Source of the DNA: an uncultured Halieaceae bacterium
Lineage (GTDB): Bacteria > Pseudomonadota > Gammaproteobacteria > Pseudomonadales > Halieaceae
Direction: 5' to 3'
NCBI GenBank assembly: GCA_963966765.1
Contig: CAXAAR010000002.1
Span: 553-64,552 of the forward strand
Length of the DNA stretch: 64,000 nucleotides
The notes under the pieces are model-generated. The model had not been told where the DNA came from and did no database searches. It saw only the letters and a program-made list of their open reading frames with translations. Of this stretch, positions 10,112 through 19,003 are shown piece by piece (within the stretch, counting starts at the first letter, position 1; each line of letters begins with the position of its first letter). Both the position numbers and the translations under genes were made by a program.

Positions 10112-10594
10112 TTAGCTGGCGAGTGCTCGATATTGCCCTTTGTGAAACAGCAGGGGCGCTCTGCCATCCGACACCTGATATGACAGTATCTCGCCAATAA
10201 TAATATGATGGTCACCCGCCGGCACAACCTGTGTGAGGCCCAATTCGAAGTGTGCTGCAGCACCCACAATCAGCGGTGTCCCGTGTTTGCCCAACTCAAA
10301 TTGATGTTCACCAAGGCTATGCTGACTCGGCTTCGCGCACTGATTACTCAGTGATTCTTGATCCGATGCTAAAATACTGATCGAGTAGCGTGGCTGTGAA
10401 CACCAGAACGCGAACAGCTCTGAGTTATTTTGGATACTCCACAGTGCCAGGGCGGGTTCCAGCGAGACCGAGCTGAATGAATTCACGGTGACGCCAATGA
10501 CCTCCCCAGACTGATCAGTCGCGGCCACCACACAAACCCCTGTGGCAAATTCCCCAAACGCGTTCCGAAGCTCTCTCACAACTTTCTCCACCAA
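10112..10594 (-). CDS. Flavin reductase family protein (FMN-binding split-barrel)
   Basis: LRNAFGEFATGVCVVAATDQSGEVIGVTVNSFSSVSLEPALALWSI is the flavin reductase-like domain core. The 211-aa track ORF (to 10747) overlaps the divergent MFS start. I trimmed it to the in-frame TTG at 10594 (GTG at 10591 is also possible), which gives about 160 aa. The start is uncertain. Confidence 0.65.
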   Translation of the reverse strand: MVEKVVRELRNAFGEFATGVCVVAATDQSGEVIGVTVNSFSSVSLEPALALWSIQNNSELFAFWCSQPRYSISILASDQESLSNQCAKPSQHSLGEHQFELGKHGTPLIVGAAAHFELGLTQVVPAGDHHIIIGEILSYQVSDGRAPLLFHKGQYRALAS

Positions 10595-10685
10595 ATTTTT
10601 GGTGTAGCTTAGACCATTTGGAAAGGAAAGACAGTCGCAAATTTGTGTCGTAAGATGATCCGTAAAGACTATAAGAGGTATTCCG

Positions 10686-11547
10686 GTGACTGCAATAAAT
10701 AACAACCCTGCCGTCCGCCCGCATCTGGCATTATTTCTGCTCACCATCGTTTACGCGTTTAACTTTATCGATCGCCAAATACTGGTTATTTTACAGGAGC
10801 CCATAAAGCAGGACATGGGCCTCAGCGATACACAGCTAGGTCTACTAAGTGGTTTCTCTTTTGCTTTGGTTTACGTTTTCGCTGGCATCCCCATCGCTTA
10901 CCTAGCCGACCGTGGCAACCGACGAAATATTATTGCGATCGCGCTGACAGTATGGTCTGGAATGACCGCTATTTCTGGCTTGGCACAGAACTACACGCAT
11001 TTGCTGCTCGCCCGAATCGGTGTCGGGCTCGGTGAGGCTGGCGGCTCTCCTCCTTCACACTCCATGATCTCGGATTACTATGCGCCTGAGCATCGTGGTA
11101 AGGCAATGTCCTTCTATTCCACTGGGATCTATATCGGTATTTTGTTTGGTTTTGCACTCGGCGGCATATTAGCTGATGAGCTAGGTTGGCGGGTGGCCTT
11201 TTTCGTGGTCGGAATCCCAGGTGTCTTGTTCGCAGGTGTTCTAATGCTACTCCTGAAAGTATTTAGGTCCGTGTATCGCTATCAGCCATGCCCTCGTGCC
11301 GCCACATATGCGCGCCATGACATCAGCCGTGCTGTTTTTTATTCTGAATATGATTGGGCTGGGGCTTGGCCCCTTAATCACCGGCTTATTGAGTGATTGG
11401 TTCACTGCTCAGCACGGCGTTGTCGGCCTTCGTTATGCGATGCTGTCTTCGTATATTCTGGGATCTAGCGCGATCGTCTTCTTTTTTATCGCGGGACGCC
11501 ATCTACTCAATGATTTAGCTCAGCTGGAAGCACTGCGGGATCAGTAG
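10686..11547 (+). pseudogene. MFS transporter gene disrupted by an out-of-frame internal deletion
   Basis: ORF 10686..11396 encodes a normal MFS N-terminal half (six TM, LADRGNRRNIIAIAL loop) up to ...LMLLLK near 11256, then non-protein-like residues. A second frame, open from 11257, reads YLGPCIAISHALVPPHMRAMTSAVLFFILNMIGLGLGPLITG...; this resembles the last helices of the same family. The total span is 862 nt, which is not a multiple of 3. That is about 287 codons against roughly 420-450 expected. Confidence 0.7.
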
Positions 11548-11554
11548 ATCCCGC
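11535..11554. terminator. Perfect 8-bp/4-nt-loop hairpin (GCGGGATC-AGTA-GATCCCGC) spanning the overlapping stop codons of the convergent MFS pseudogene and the SDR gene
   Basis: Read directly from the sequence. There is no U-tract on either side, so terminator function is uncertain. Confidence 0.35.
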
Positions 11555-12362
11555 GCTGTCTCAGCGATGCTGTCAGCGTGTCGAGCAAATCAAACATGCC
11601 TTCTGGATCGGTCCGCTTCATGTCGAGCAAACCCATTTCCTGGCCAATACCCACCGGAATCTCGCGCTGTTTGGCTTTGAGCTTTGCGACGACTTCTCGG
11701 GCGCAATCTTCTACCGGCATACCCTCTTCAATCTCTTTGTCCATAACACCAAATGACTCACCATCTCCGCGCAGGGCATTGACTGACACCTGAGATTGCA
11801 CACTGCCAGGCGTAATGGTTGATACGTGAATGCCCTGGTGCGCAACCTCACATCTCAGTGCATCAAAAAAGCCCATGACTGCATGCTTAGCCATACTATA
11901 GCCGGTGCGCAACGGTGCCCCGAGCTTACCCGCTACGCTCGAGGTGATCGCGATATGTCCACTCCCCTGTGTCAACATAATCGGTAGTACCGCTTTGGTG
12001 AGCGCTATCTGGCCAAACACATCAACTTCAAATAACGTTCGATAAACGTCTAGAGACGTATCGACGCACCAGGACCGCTGTGATATCCCAGCGTTGTTGA
12101 TCAGAACATCAATGCGTTGAAACTGAGCCAATACTTCTTGCGCCCGCTGGGGATGCCCAGTGACATCGACGATGTCAAAGGGAATGACAAGCACATCAGC
12201 GGCTGCGAGACCGGCGTCAATACAAGCTCGCTTGACTCGGTTTAAAGCATCCACTTTTCGGCCACTCAGCACCAGTGAGCAATTACCCAAACGTGCGTAT
12301 TCGAGCGCGAAAGCTTCTCCGATACCACTCGATGCCCCTGTAATCCAAACGACTTCGCTCAT
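11541..12362 (-). CDS. SDR-family oxidoreductase
   Basis: Classical SDR motifs are present: TGASSGIGEA, NNAG and YSMAK. I trimmed the track ORF (to 12437) to the ATG at 12362, which is preceded by GGGGAGAGGG. Confidence 0.85.
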   Translation of the reverse strand: MSEVVWITGASSGIGEAFALEYARLGNCSLVLSGRKVDALNRVKRACIDAGLAAADVLVIPFDIVDVTGHPQRAQEVLAQFQRIDVLINNAGISQRSWCVDTSLDVYRTLFEVDVFGQIALTKAVLPIMLTQGSGHIAITSSVAGKLGAPLRTGYSMAKHAVMGFFDALRCEVAHQGIHVSTITPGSVQSQVSVNALRGDGESFGVMDKEIEEGMPVEDCAREVVAKLKAKQREIPVGIGQEMGLLDMKRTDPEGMFDLLDTLTASLRQRGIY

Positions 12363-12620
12363 AGTCCCTCTCCCCTTTATTATGAATGCGCACAACCTTA
12401 GCTTTTTTGTGCAGAACAGAGCAATAGCCTTGTTCACAGATTGAGTGCTTTAGGAGCCACTTACACAGGAGCGCAGTTTACCGCCAGAGAGCCTTAAACA
12501 AAGCAACCTAGTTTTTTGGCTTGCGCTTGATTTTTAATCGGTTTGTGAACAAGCTGTCAGCGGGAAAAATGGCTACTGTCCGCCACTCAAGTATTCAATA
12601 CTAACCAATAAGGAGACTCC

Positions 12621-13148
12621 ATGATTGTGTCATTTGATGGCCATACCCCTGACATCGCCGACGATGCGTTCATTGCCCCCAATGCCACCATTATTGGACG
12701 AGTTAGTGTGGCTGGGGGTTGCAGCATTTGGTTTCAAAGCGTTCTCAGAGGTGACGTCGAGACCATAACCGTGCAGAAAGGTGCCAACATTCAGGATTTT
12801 GCTATGGTTCACGCTGACCCTGGCTCTAAGGTGGAAATCGGAGCATTCGCCACGATAGGTCACCACGCTACGGTTCACGGATGCACGATTGGCGCAGGTG
12901 CCTTGGTCGGTATCAATGCGGTGGTACTGAATGGCGCAGTGGTGGGTGAAGGCTCATTAATTGGTGCAAACGCGCTGGTGCCCGAGGGAATGCAAATTCC
13001 ACCTAAATCCCTAGTCGTGGGATCGCCGGCACAAGTCAAACGAACGCTGACCGACGAGCAGGTGGCGATGATAAGACTCGGGGCTGACCACTACATCCAA
13101 AACGGACAACGCTTTAAAGCTCTATTTGAGTCTGAAGACCTTGATTAG
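12621..13148 (+). CDS. Gamma-class carbonic anhydrase family protein (left-handed beta-helix, YrdA/PaaY-like)
   Basis: 175 aa with hexapeptide repeats. SIWFQSVLRGDVETITVQKGANIQDFAMVHADPG...IGHHATVHGCTIG carries the conserved His ligands. Confidence 0.85.
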   Translation: MIVSFDGHTPDIADDAFIAPNATIIGRVSVAGGCSIWFQSVLRGDVETITVQKGANIQDFAMVHADPGSKVEIGAFATIGHHATVHGCTIGAGALVGINAVVLNGAVVGEGSLIGANALVPEGMQIPPKSLVVGSPAQVKRTLTDEQVAMIRLGADHYIQNGQRFKALFESEDLD

Positions 13149-13849
13149 TGTGCGAGTAGCGAGGGAAATCGCTCTCCACCCCGCAACGCCCAATACACCG
13201 TCGGTTCTTGAATCTTGAGCGTTGCCCGGACAGCAGCGGTTGGTTGAGTTAGCAGGTGCTCCCAGATTTGTCCCGGGAGCCACTGGGCTTCCTTGCCATG
13301 TCGGTATGCCTGCTTAACTGCCTTAAATACCTTCCAACCGAAGTAAGGCCGCAACTTTAAGGCACCAACTACAACGATAGCAGCGATCCCTCTGTTGCCC
13401 GTCTGCGCATAGGTAAAGGCCAGCAAACACAATTCACCTAGCTCATCGCGTCCATACTCGGTTAACGTATGCCAGAGATCATGCTGGTCTCGCTGGCGGC
13501 GTCCGAACTTCGCCCTGCGAGGCTCTTCAATTACCAGATTATCGCCTTCCGATGCTTTCACTAAACCATCGGCACTGAGCCCTTCAAGATTCAGAAACCG
13601 TCGATACAACGCGCCAAACGAACCGGGCGGCCATTCAGCTGCATCTTCGACCAGATAGGAGAGCAACTCTCGATCAGCTTTCAACAGGGCTTCAGCCTGT
13701 TCGAGCGCTTCGAATCTTTTGAACTCGCGCTCAAAACTCTGCCCACTAAGTGTCCTGATAATCGTGAAGACTTCTTCTGTCGCTTCAGGATTTTTGACCA
13801 GGCGTCTAAGTGCACCCAAGGCTTTAAATATCTCTATTCTCTCGGCCAT
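13145..13849 (-). CDS. Coq4-family (ubiquinone biosynthesis protein COQ4-like) protein
   Basis: 234 aa. It contains QHDLWHTLTEYGRDELGE, which is exactly the HDxxH-x11-E metal-ligand motif of the COQ4 family. The surrounding sequence (YRRFL...DLWHTLTEYG...LLAFTYAQTG) fits that family. Confidence 0.75.
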   Translation of the reverse strand: MAERIEIFKALGALRRLVKNPEATEEVFTIIRTLSGQSFEREFKRFEALEQAEALLKADRELLSYLVEDAAEWPPGSFGALYRRFLNLEGLSADGLVKASEGDNLVIEEPRRAKFGRRQRDQHDLWHTLTEYGRDELGELCLLAFTYAQTGNRGIAAIVVVGALKLRPYFGWKVFKAVKQAYRHGKEAQWLPGQIWEHLLTQPTAAVRATLKIQEPTVYWALRGGERFPSLLAH

Positions 13850-13989
13850 TGCTCATGCTCTGGATTAATATGCACTAAAGCTTACTCGGGGTTGAGATCA
13901 TTGTCACGCCTGCCCGAGAATGCGGAAGATTGAAAAGCCAACGACACACTGTCAGCGCTCGCAAGAATTGTGATAGACTGCGCGCCGCT

Positions 13990-14077
13990 GGTGAGGTGGC
14001 CGAGTGGTCGAAGGCGCACGCCTGGAAAGTGTGTGTACGGCAACGTACCGAGGGTTCGAATCCCTCCCTCACCGCCA
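13990..14077 (+). tRNA. tRNA-Ser (anticodon GGA)
   Basis: Folded by hand. The acceptor stem is GGTGAGG/CCTCACC and the anticodon loop is CTGGAAA. There is a long variable arm (GTAC..GTAC), a T-arm GAGGG-TTCGAAT-CCCTC and an encoded CCA. Confidence 0.9.
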
Positions 14078-14101
14078 AATGACGAGCCCTGGGATACATT
14101 G

Positions 14102-15408
14102 ATGATGCCAGCTTCACTCGGAATAAAGCACAACCTTAGCCAATTTCTGCACCAGCTCTTCCAGGTCCTTCTGGTAGGCTTAACAATTGGAACGATGCGT
14201 ACTGTCGTGCCAACATTAGCAGAAACAGAATTCGGTGTTCCACAAACCTCGTTTTTACTGCTCTCGTCTTTCGTGGTCGCCTTCGGCTTTGTCAAAGGAT
14301 TTATGAATTTCTATGCTGGACGCTGGTCTGAGACGATCGGCAGAAAACCAGTTTTGATTCTCGGGTGGCTGGTCGGACTCCCCATTCCTATCCTGATCTG
14401 GTTCGCTCCAAGTTGGAGCTGGATTGTGGGTGCAACGATTTTGCTCGGTGTCAATCAGGGTCTAACATGGTCGATGACGCAAACAGCAAAATTAGACTTT
14501 ACCTTGCCGCGAGAGCGAGGTCTCACTTTGGGCTTGAATGAGTTCTCTGGGTATATTGGCGTCGCGTTGGGGGGTATTTTGACCGCCTGGTTAACCGAGA
14601 CAATTGGCCTAAAAATAGGCTTACTCTGGTTTGGCCTAAGCGTTGTGGGTATGGGCTTATTTTTCACCGTTTTTTTCATACAAGAAACCAGGCCCCGCGA
14701 CCAGTACCGGCTGTTGCGCAATCGATTGGGAGAGTGGCTAGGGGTCACATCGAGACTCAACCACAGAACGAGACGCTGCGATCTACCGGGTCCATTTTCA
14801 AGCTTGTCAGCTGGGGCGACAAGCGGTTGTTTGCACTCTGTCAGGCGGGTTTGGTTGAGAAATTTGTCGACGCTCTAGTGTGGTTGTTATATCCCATTTT
14901 CCTGTATCAAAAAGGTCTCAACCTGACGCAGGCGAGCTCTATTATCGGAGTCTATGGCATCGTCTGGGGTACTTCTCAACTGATAACTGGACCTCTTTCA
15001 GACAGAGTGGGACGATATTGGCTCAATGGAATGGGGATGTGGCTCTGCGGAACTGGTGTCCTACTAATGCTTCTTAATCAAGGGGCGCTATGGTGGACGT
15101 TCAGTGCCGCGGTAACAGGCTTTGGTATGGCTATGCTTTACCCTAACCTCTCAGCAGCCATCGCTGACATCGCGGCACCTGATTGGAGAGGATCAGCCAT
15201 CGGGGTGTACCGCTTCTGGCGGGACTTAGGTTAAGGGATAGGCGGCATAGGTCTTGGCGTTACAGCGCATTACTTTGGCCAAATTGAGGCAGCCTTTTGG
15301 TTCGTTTCTCTTAGCATGTTCACCTCAGGCGCTCTACTCATGTGGCTCTGTGAGGAGACTCATCCATCACTGACAACCTCGGTTTTGGCGCAAGATAAGT
15401 CTACGTGA
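14102..15408 (+). pseudogene. MFS transporter gene with one frameshift and one in-frame TAA
   Basis: Three collinear pieces of one 12-TM MFS protein are present. Frame A runs from ATG 14102 through ...FFIQETRP. Frame B carries ...SIFKLVSWGDKRLFALCQAGL...RFWRDLG and ends at TAA 15232-15234. The same frame then continues GIGGIGLGVTAHYFGQIEAAFWFVSLSMF... to TGA 15406-15408. The span is 1307 nt, not a multiple of 3. The frameshift lies somewhere in about 14690-14790, where both frames are open. Confidence 0.7.
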
Positions 15409-15444
15409 AACCTCATATGTTGATGTCAGCATGCCAATCGACTC

Positions 15445-15813
15445 TCAAAAGTCTGCGAGCCGCCGTTCTAGGAGTGCATAAAATGCCTGTAAGTCTCCAC
15501 CTAGTTCCAGTAAGTCATTTGAATCCAACAATGTTTCAAATCGTTCCCCTATCAAAGCAACTACAGCGGGCAATGCATTCTGCGTATGCGCTCGCAAAAG
15601 ATCTGCTTGCTGATCGCGGTGAAGCCACTGTATTGTTGGACTACTCTCGTCGGTACTGCGCCACTGAGTCTTCCCAAGGGGATTCCAGCCGTGCGAAATA
15701 TCGCATAACGAACATTGTTTAAGACCAATCAGTTTCCCAAGCGCGTAGTTTATTTCCCCTGCGACTGTGGCGTCAGCGTTGTAAATAGCAAAAATCTTTA
15801 GTGCGTCGGACAT
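15445..15813 (-). CDS. Hypothetical small protein with CxxC motif
   Basis: I trimmed the track ORF to the ATG at 15813, which has GGAG 6-7 nt upstream, giving 122 aa: MSDALKIFAIYNADATVAGEINYALGKLIGLKQCSLCDISHGWNPLGKTQW... I recognise no family. The overlapping plus-strand ORF 15405..15722 looks non-protein-like. Confidence 0.5.
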   Translation of the reverse strand: MSDALKIFAIYNADATVAGEINYALGKLIGLKQCSLCDISHGWNPLGKTQWRSTDESSPTIQWLHRDQQADLLRAHTQNALPAVVALIGERFETLLDSNDLLELGGDLQAFYALLERRLADF

Positions 15814-15993
15814 CGCTAACTCCATTAACTCGATCACTACCTCTATACGTATGGTTCAGCTTCAAGGCTCACTCGTTAAAGCCGTAGGTGAGCTCTTGTT
15901 GATCTAATCGGCTGTCAGAGTCTTAATTTTTTCAATGCTCTTCGCCCCATGCTGGGTTAAAATTCGCGCTCTTCAGAACAAGGATCGCAAACT

Positions 15994-16713
15994 ATGGGAC
16001 GCGCTTACCAGAACCGTAAAGACTCCATGGCGAAGACCGCCGATTTAAAAACCAAGATTTACAGCAAGTACGCACGCGAGATCTACGTTGCGGCGAAATC
16101 TGGCGGCACGGATCCGCACGGCAACCTTGCTTTAAGGAGCATTATTGATCGCGCAAAGAAAGATCAGGTGCCGACGCATGTCATTGAAAAAGCAATGGAG
16201 AAAGCCAGTGGCAGCGGTGGTGAGAACTTCGAGGTCGCGCGATATGAAGGCTACGGGCCCGGCAACTGCATGGTGATTATTGAGTGTTTAACGGACAATC
16301 CGAACCGCACGTTCGGAGATGTCCGGCTCTGCTTCACCAAAACCAAATCGAAGATCGGTTCTCAGGGCGCTGTGAGCCACATGTTTGATCACTTGTGTAT
16401 CCTGAAGTTCGCTCATGACGACGAAGAGACAGCGCTTGATGCGCTACTTATGGCAGAAGTTGATGTCATAGATATCGAGAATGACGATGGGATGCTAACC
16501 GTGTTTGCCCCGCACACTGATTCATTCAAAGCTAAACGGGCGCTCACAGAAGCGTGTGGTGATATTGATTTTGACGTCGATGAAATCCAGTTCATTCCGC
16601 AAACCAGCATTGAGCTCGCTGGCGAAGACCTCGAGATTTTCGATCGTTTTGTGAGCCTTCTTAACGATCTCGATGATGTTCAAAACGTGTATCACAACGT
16701 AGATAACGCCTAA
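15994..16713 (+). CDS. YebC/PmpR-family DNA-binding transcriptional regulator (YeeN-like)
   Basis: 239 aa. [60 protein letters not shown] is the family signature. Confidence 0.9.
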   Translation: MGRAYQNRKDSMAKTADLKTKIYSKYAREIYVAAKSGGTDPHGNLALRSIIDRAKKDQVPTHVIEKAMEKASGSGGENFEVARYEGYGPGNCMVIIECLTDNPNRTFGDVRLCFTKTKSKIGSQGAVSHMFDHLCILKFAHDDEETALDALLMAEVDVIDIENDDGMLTVFAPHTDSFKAKRALTEACGDIDFDVDEIQFIPQTSIELAGEDLEIFDRFVSLLNDLDDVQNVYHNVDNA

Positions 16714-16722
16714 TGTGCTTCT

Positions 16723-16746
16723 GGTAGGCCTGAATCTAGGCCCACC
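16723..16746. terminator. Imperfect hairpin between the convergent yebC-family and HMG-CoA-lyase genes
   Basis: GGTAGGCCT-GAATCT-AGGCCCACC forms a 9-bp stem with one mismatch. There is no clear U-tract. Confidence 0.3.
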
Positions 16747-16808
16747 CATCAACAGCAATATCAAGCCTGAGACGGTGTGCTCGTCTGCTGCCGACCTAAA
16801 GTCAGTGA

Positions 16809-17696
16809 TCAGCGCTTACGACGCCACCATTCCATCGATTTTCCACCCAACGCGCTTTGGGTGATTTGCTCAGCAAAGCGGACGGCGGGCTCAAGCATAG
16901 CGAAATCTATACCGGTCTCAATCCCGCTCTCGTTAAACAAATACACCAGATCTTCGGTAGCCACGTTGCCGGTGGCGCCTGGAGCAAATGGGCATCCACC
17001 TAAACCGCCAATGGATGCATCAAATGAGCGTACCCCTGCAAGATAAGCTGACCACACCATGGCAATAGCTTGACCGCGGGTATCGTGCACGTGAAGATTG
17101 ACACGATCAGCGCCGTAATCAACGACCAGCGGGTGGGTTAAATTGTAAATCTGCTGTGGCGTCCCTGCGCCAATGGTATCGGAGATAGAGACTTCGTGGG
17201 CACCACCATCAAGGAGCTGACGCGCCAAACCTAGAACGCGGGCTTCATCGATACGCCCCTCATAGGGACAGGCACAAGAGCATGATATATAGACTCGCAC
17301 GTGATTGCCCTCTGCATGACACGCCCGTACCACCTGGAAATTTGACTGTAATGCTTGGTCTAAGGTCATGTTCACATTGCGTTCACTGAAGGTTTCCGAA
17401 GCCGACATGATCAACCCGAACTCTGATAAACCGGTAGCTTTGCCTCGTTCGTAACCGCGCAAATTGGGAACTAAGCCGCTATAAGAGCGTCGTTCCAAGT
17501 CAAGCATGCCAACCAAGGCCTCAGCATCAGCCATTTGAGGCACCGCTTTGGGGTGTACGAAGCTCGCAACTTCAATATGGTTCAAGCCGGCAGCTTCTAA
17601 CAGACTGAGCAACGCCAGTTTATCGCCTGTGCTGACGACAAGAGGTTGATTTTGAAGTCCATCGCGTAAACCAACTTCGTTAATCGTTACCGTCAT
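16809..17696 (-). CDS. Hydroxymethylglutaryl-CoA lyase family protein
   Basis: 295 aa. The N-terminal VTINEVGLRDGLQNQ and the later HVHDTRGQAIA...GGLGGCPFAPGATGNVATEDLVY are the HMGL-like TIM-barrel signatures. Confidence 0.8.
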   Translation of the reverse strand: MTVTINEVGLRDGLQNQPLVVSTGDKLALLSLLEAAGLNHIEVASFVHPKAVPQMADAEALVGMLDLERRSYSGLVPNLRGYERGKATGLSEFGLIMSASETFSERNVNMTLDQALQSNFQVVRACHAEGNHVRVYISCSCACPYEGRIDEARVLGLARQLLDGGAHEVSISDTIGAGTPQQIYNLTHPLVVDYGADRVNLHVHDTRGQAIAMVWSAYLAGVRSFDASIGGLGGCPFAPGATGNVATEDLVYLFNESGIETGIDFAMLEPAVRFAEQITQSALGGKSMEWWRRKR

Positions 17697-17698
17697 CG

Positions 17699-18895
17699 CT
17701 AGATATCACCATTCTCGCGTAAGATTTGGATTTGCTCTGGGGTATAACCTAAGGCCATAAATACCGCGTCGCTATCGCCGCCCACTGCAGCCGGTCCAGC
17801 CCACTGCGTGGCCCCGGGTGTTCCATCGAGCTTGGGCAGTATCGCAGGAATTGTAACTTCGCCACTCGCACTCTGCACTGACTCGAACATCCCGCGTGCC
17901 TGATACTGAGGATCCTTGACCATGTCTTCCACTGAGTACATTGGACCAGAAGGGACGTCTGCTGCCTCTAATACCGCGAGTACCTCTGTAGAGCTCATCG
18001 AACTCGTCCACGACGCCAGCGCGGCATCGATCACGGCCTCGTGCTCGACTCGACCCGCGTTATCTCCCATTTTTGGATCTTCAGCCAAATCCGGGTAACC
18101 CGCTGCGTGCATAAGGCGCTTGTAAATAGAGTCGCCATTGCCCCCAATCACGACATATTTATTATCTGCGCACAAATAGGTGTTAGTCGGCACTATTCCG
18201 GTAATCGTTGAGCCAGAGGGCTCTCGAATAGCGCCGGTTGCTACATATTCTGGCACTACTGATTCCATTAAATTGAACATAGACTCATAGATCGCAATAT
18301 CGACCACCTGCCCTGGTGCTTGATTTCGTTCTCTGTGTAGTAGGCTCAGCACGGTACCAAAGGCGGCATGTAAGCCAGCTAGCGAGTCGCCCATGCTAAG
18401 ATTGGGGCGAACAGGTGGGCGATCAGGAAAACCATTAAGGTAACGAAAGCCGCTAAATGCCTCGGATACAGACGCATAGCCCGGACGCTCAGCCATGGGC
18501 CCGGTTTGGCCGTAACCTGAGATGCGGGTATAAACCAATCCGGGGTTACTCTGTTTAAAACTTTCTGGACCCAGACCCCATTTTTCCATAGTGCCCGGGC
18601 GGAAGTTCTCGATCACGACATCCGCTGACTCGATTAAACGCTTGACCAGCGCCCTACCCTCGTCTGATCTCAAGTTTGCGGTCACCGATCGCTTATTTCT
18701 CGCGATGCTGTACCACCAATAAGAGGTGCCAGTCTCGTCAAGAGCACGCCAACCTCTCAAGGGGTCGCCTTTACCAGGCGGCTCTACCTTTATGACTTCG
18801 GCGCCAAAGTAACCCAGCAAGGTGCCACAAAACGGTCCAGCGACGAGCTGGCCAATTTCTATTACTTTTATGCCTTCCAGTGGTTTCTGAGCCAT
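17699..18895 (-). CDS. CaiB/BaiF-family (class III) CoA-transferase
   Basis: 398 aa. PLEGIKVIEIGQLVAGPFCGTLLGYFGAEVIKVEPPGKGDPLR is the typical family-III CoA-transferase N-terminus. Confidence 0.85.
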   Translation of the reverse strand: MAQKPLEGIKVIEIGQLVAGPFCGTLLGYFGAEVIKVEPPGKGDPLRGWRALDETGTSYWWYSIARNKRSVTANLRSDEGRALVKRLIESADVVIENFRPGTMEKWGLGPESFKQSNPGLVYTRISGYGQTGPMAERPGYASVSEAFSGFRYLNGFPDRPPVRPNLSMGDSLAGLHAAFGTVLSLLHRERNQAPGQVVDIAIYESMFNLMESVVPEYVATGAIREPSGSTITGIVPTNTYLCADNKYVVIGGNGDSIYKRLMHAAGYPDLAEDPKMGDNAGRVEHEAVIDAALASWTSSMSSTEVLAVLEAADVPSGPMYSVEDMVKDPQYQARGMFESVQSASGEVTIPAILPKLDGTPGATQWAGPAAVGGDSDAVFMALGYTPEQIQILRENGDI

Positions 18896-19003
18896 TAAGA
18901 GGGGTCCTTGTGGTTATTGTAACCGCCCGTGATAGCCGATGTAGCGCGGCAGCTCTCACAGCAAAGTGATCGTGTCAGCGGGAAATATGTGTGCATGTGC
19001 TTG

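Noticed and set aside
13875-14295. Minus-strand ORFs of 80 and 137 aa, plus the 5' extension of plus ORF 13970..14878
   Set aside because: All of them read straight through the tRNA-Ser gene (13990-14077). The MFS coding sequence plausibly starts at ATG 14102, after the tRNA.
15405-15722. 105-aa plus-strand ORF overlapping the small CxxC ORF
   Set aside because: The translation looks random (S/L/H/P-rich), and the start overlaps the tail of the MFS pseudogene. The minus-strand ORF has a GGAG-ATG start and more protein-like sequence.
13990-15993. Possible genomic island integrated at tRNA-Ser (decayed MFS gene, orphan small ORF, slightly AT-richer DNA)
   Set aside because: There is no integrase, transposase or phage gene, and I could find no direct repeat of the tRNA 3' end downstream. 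The same holds for the tRNA-Glu/tRNA-Gly locus. The content is more consistent with ordinary gene decay.
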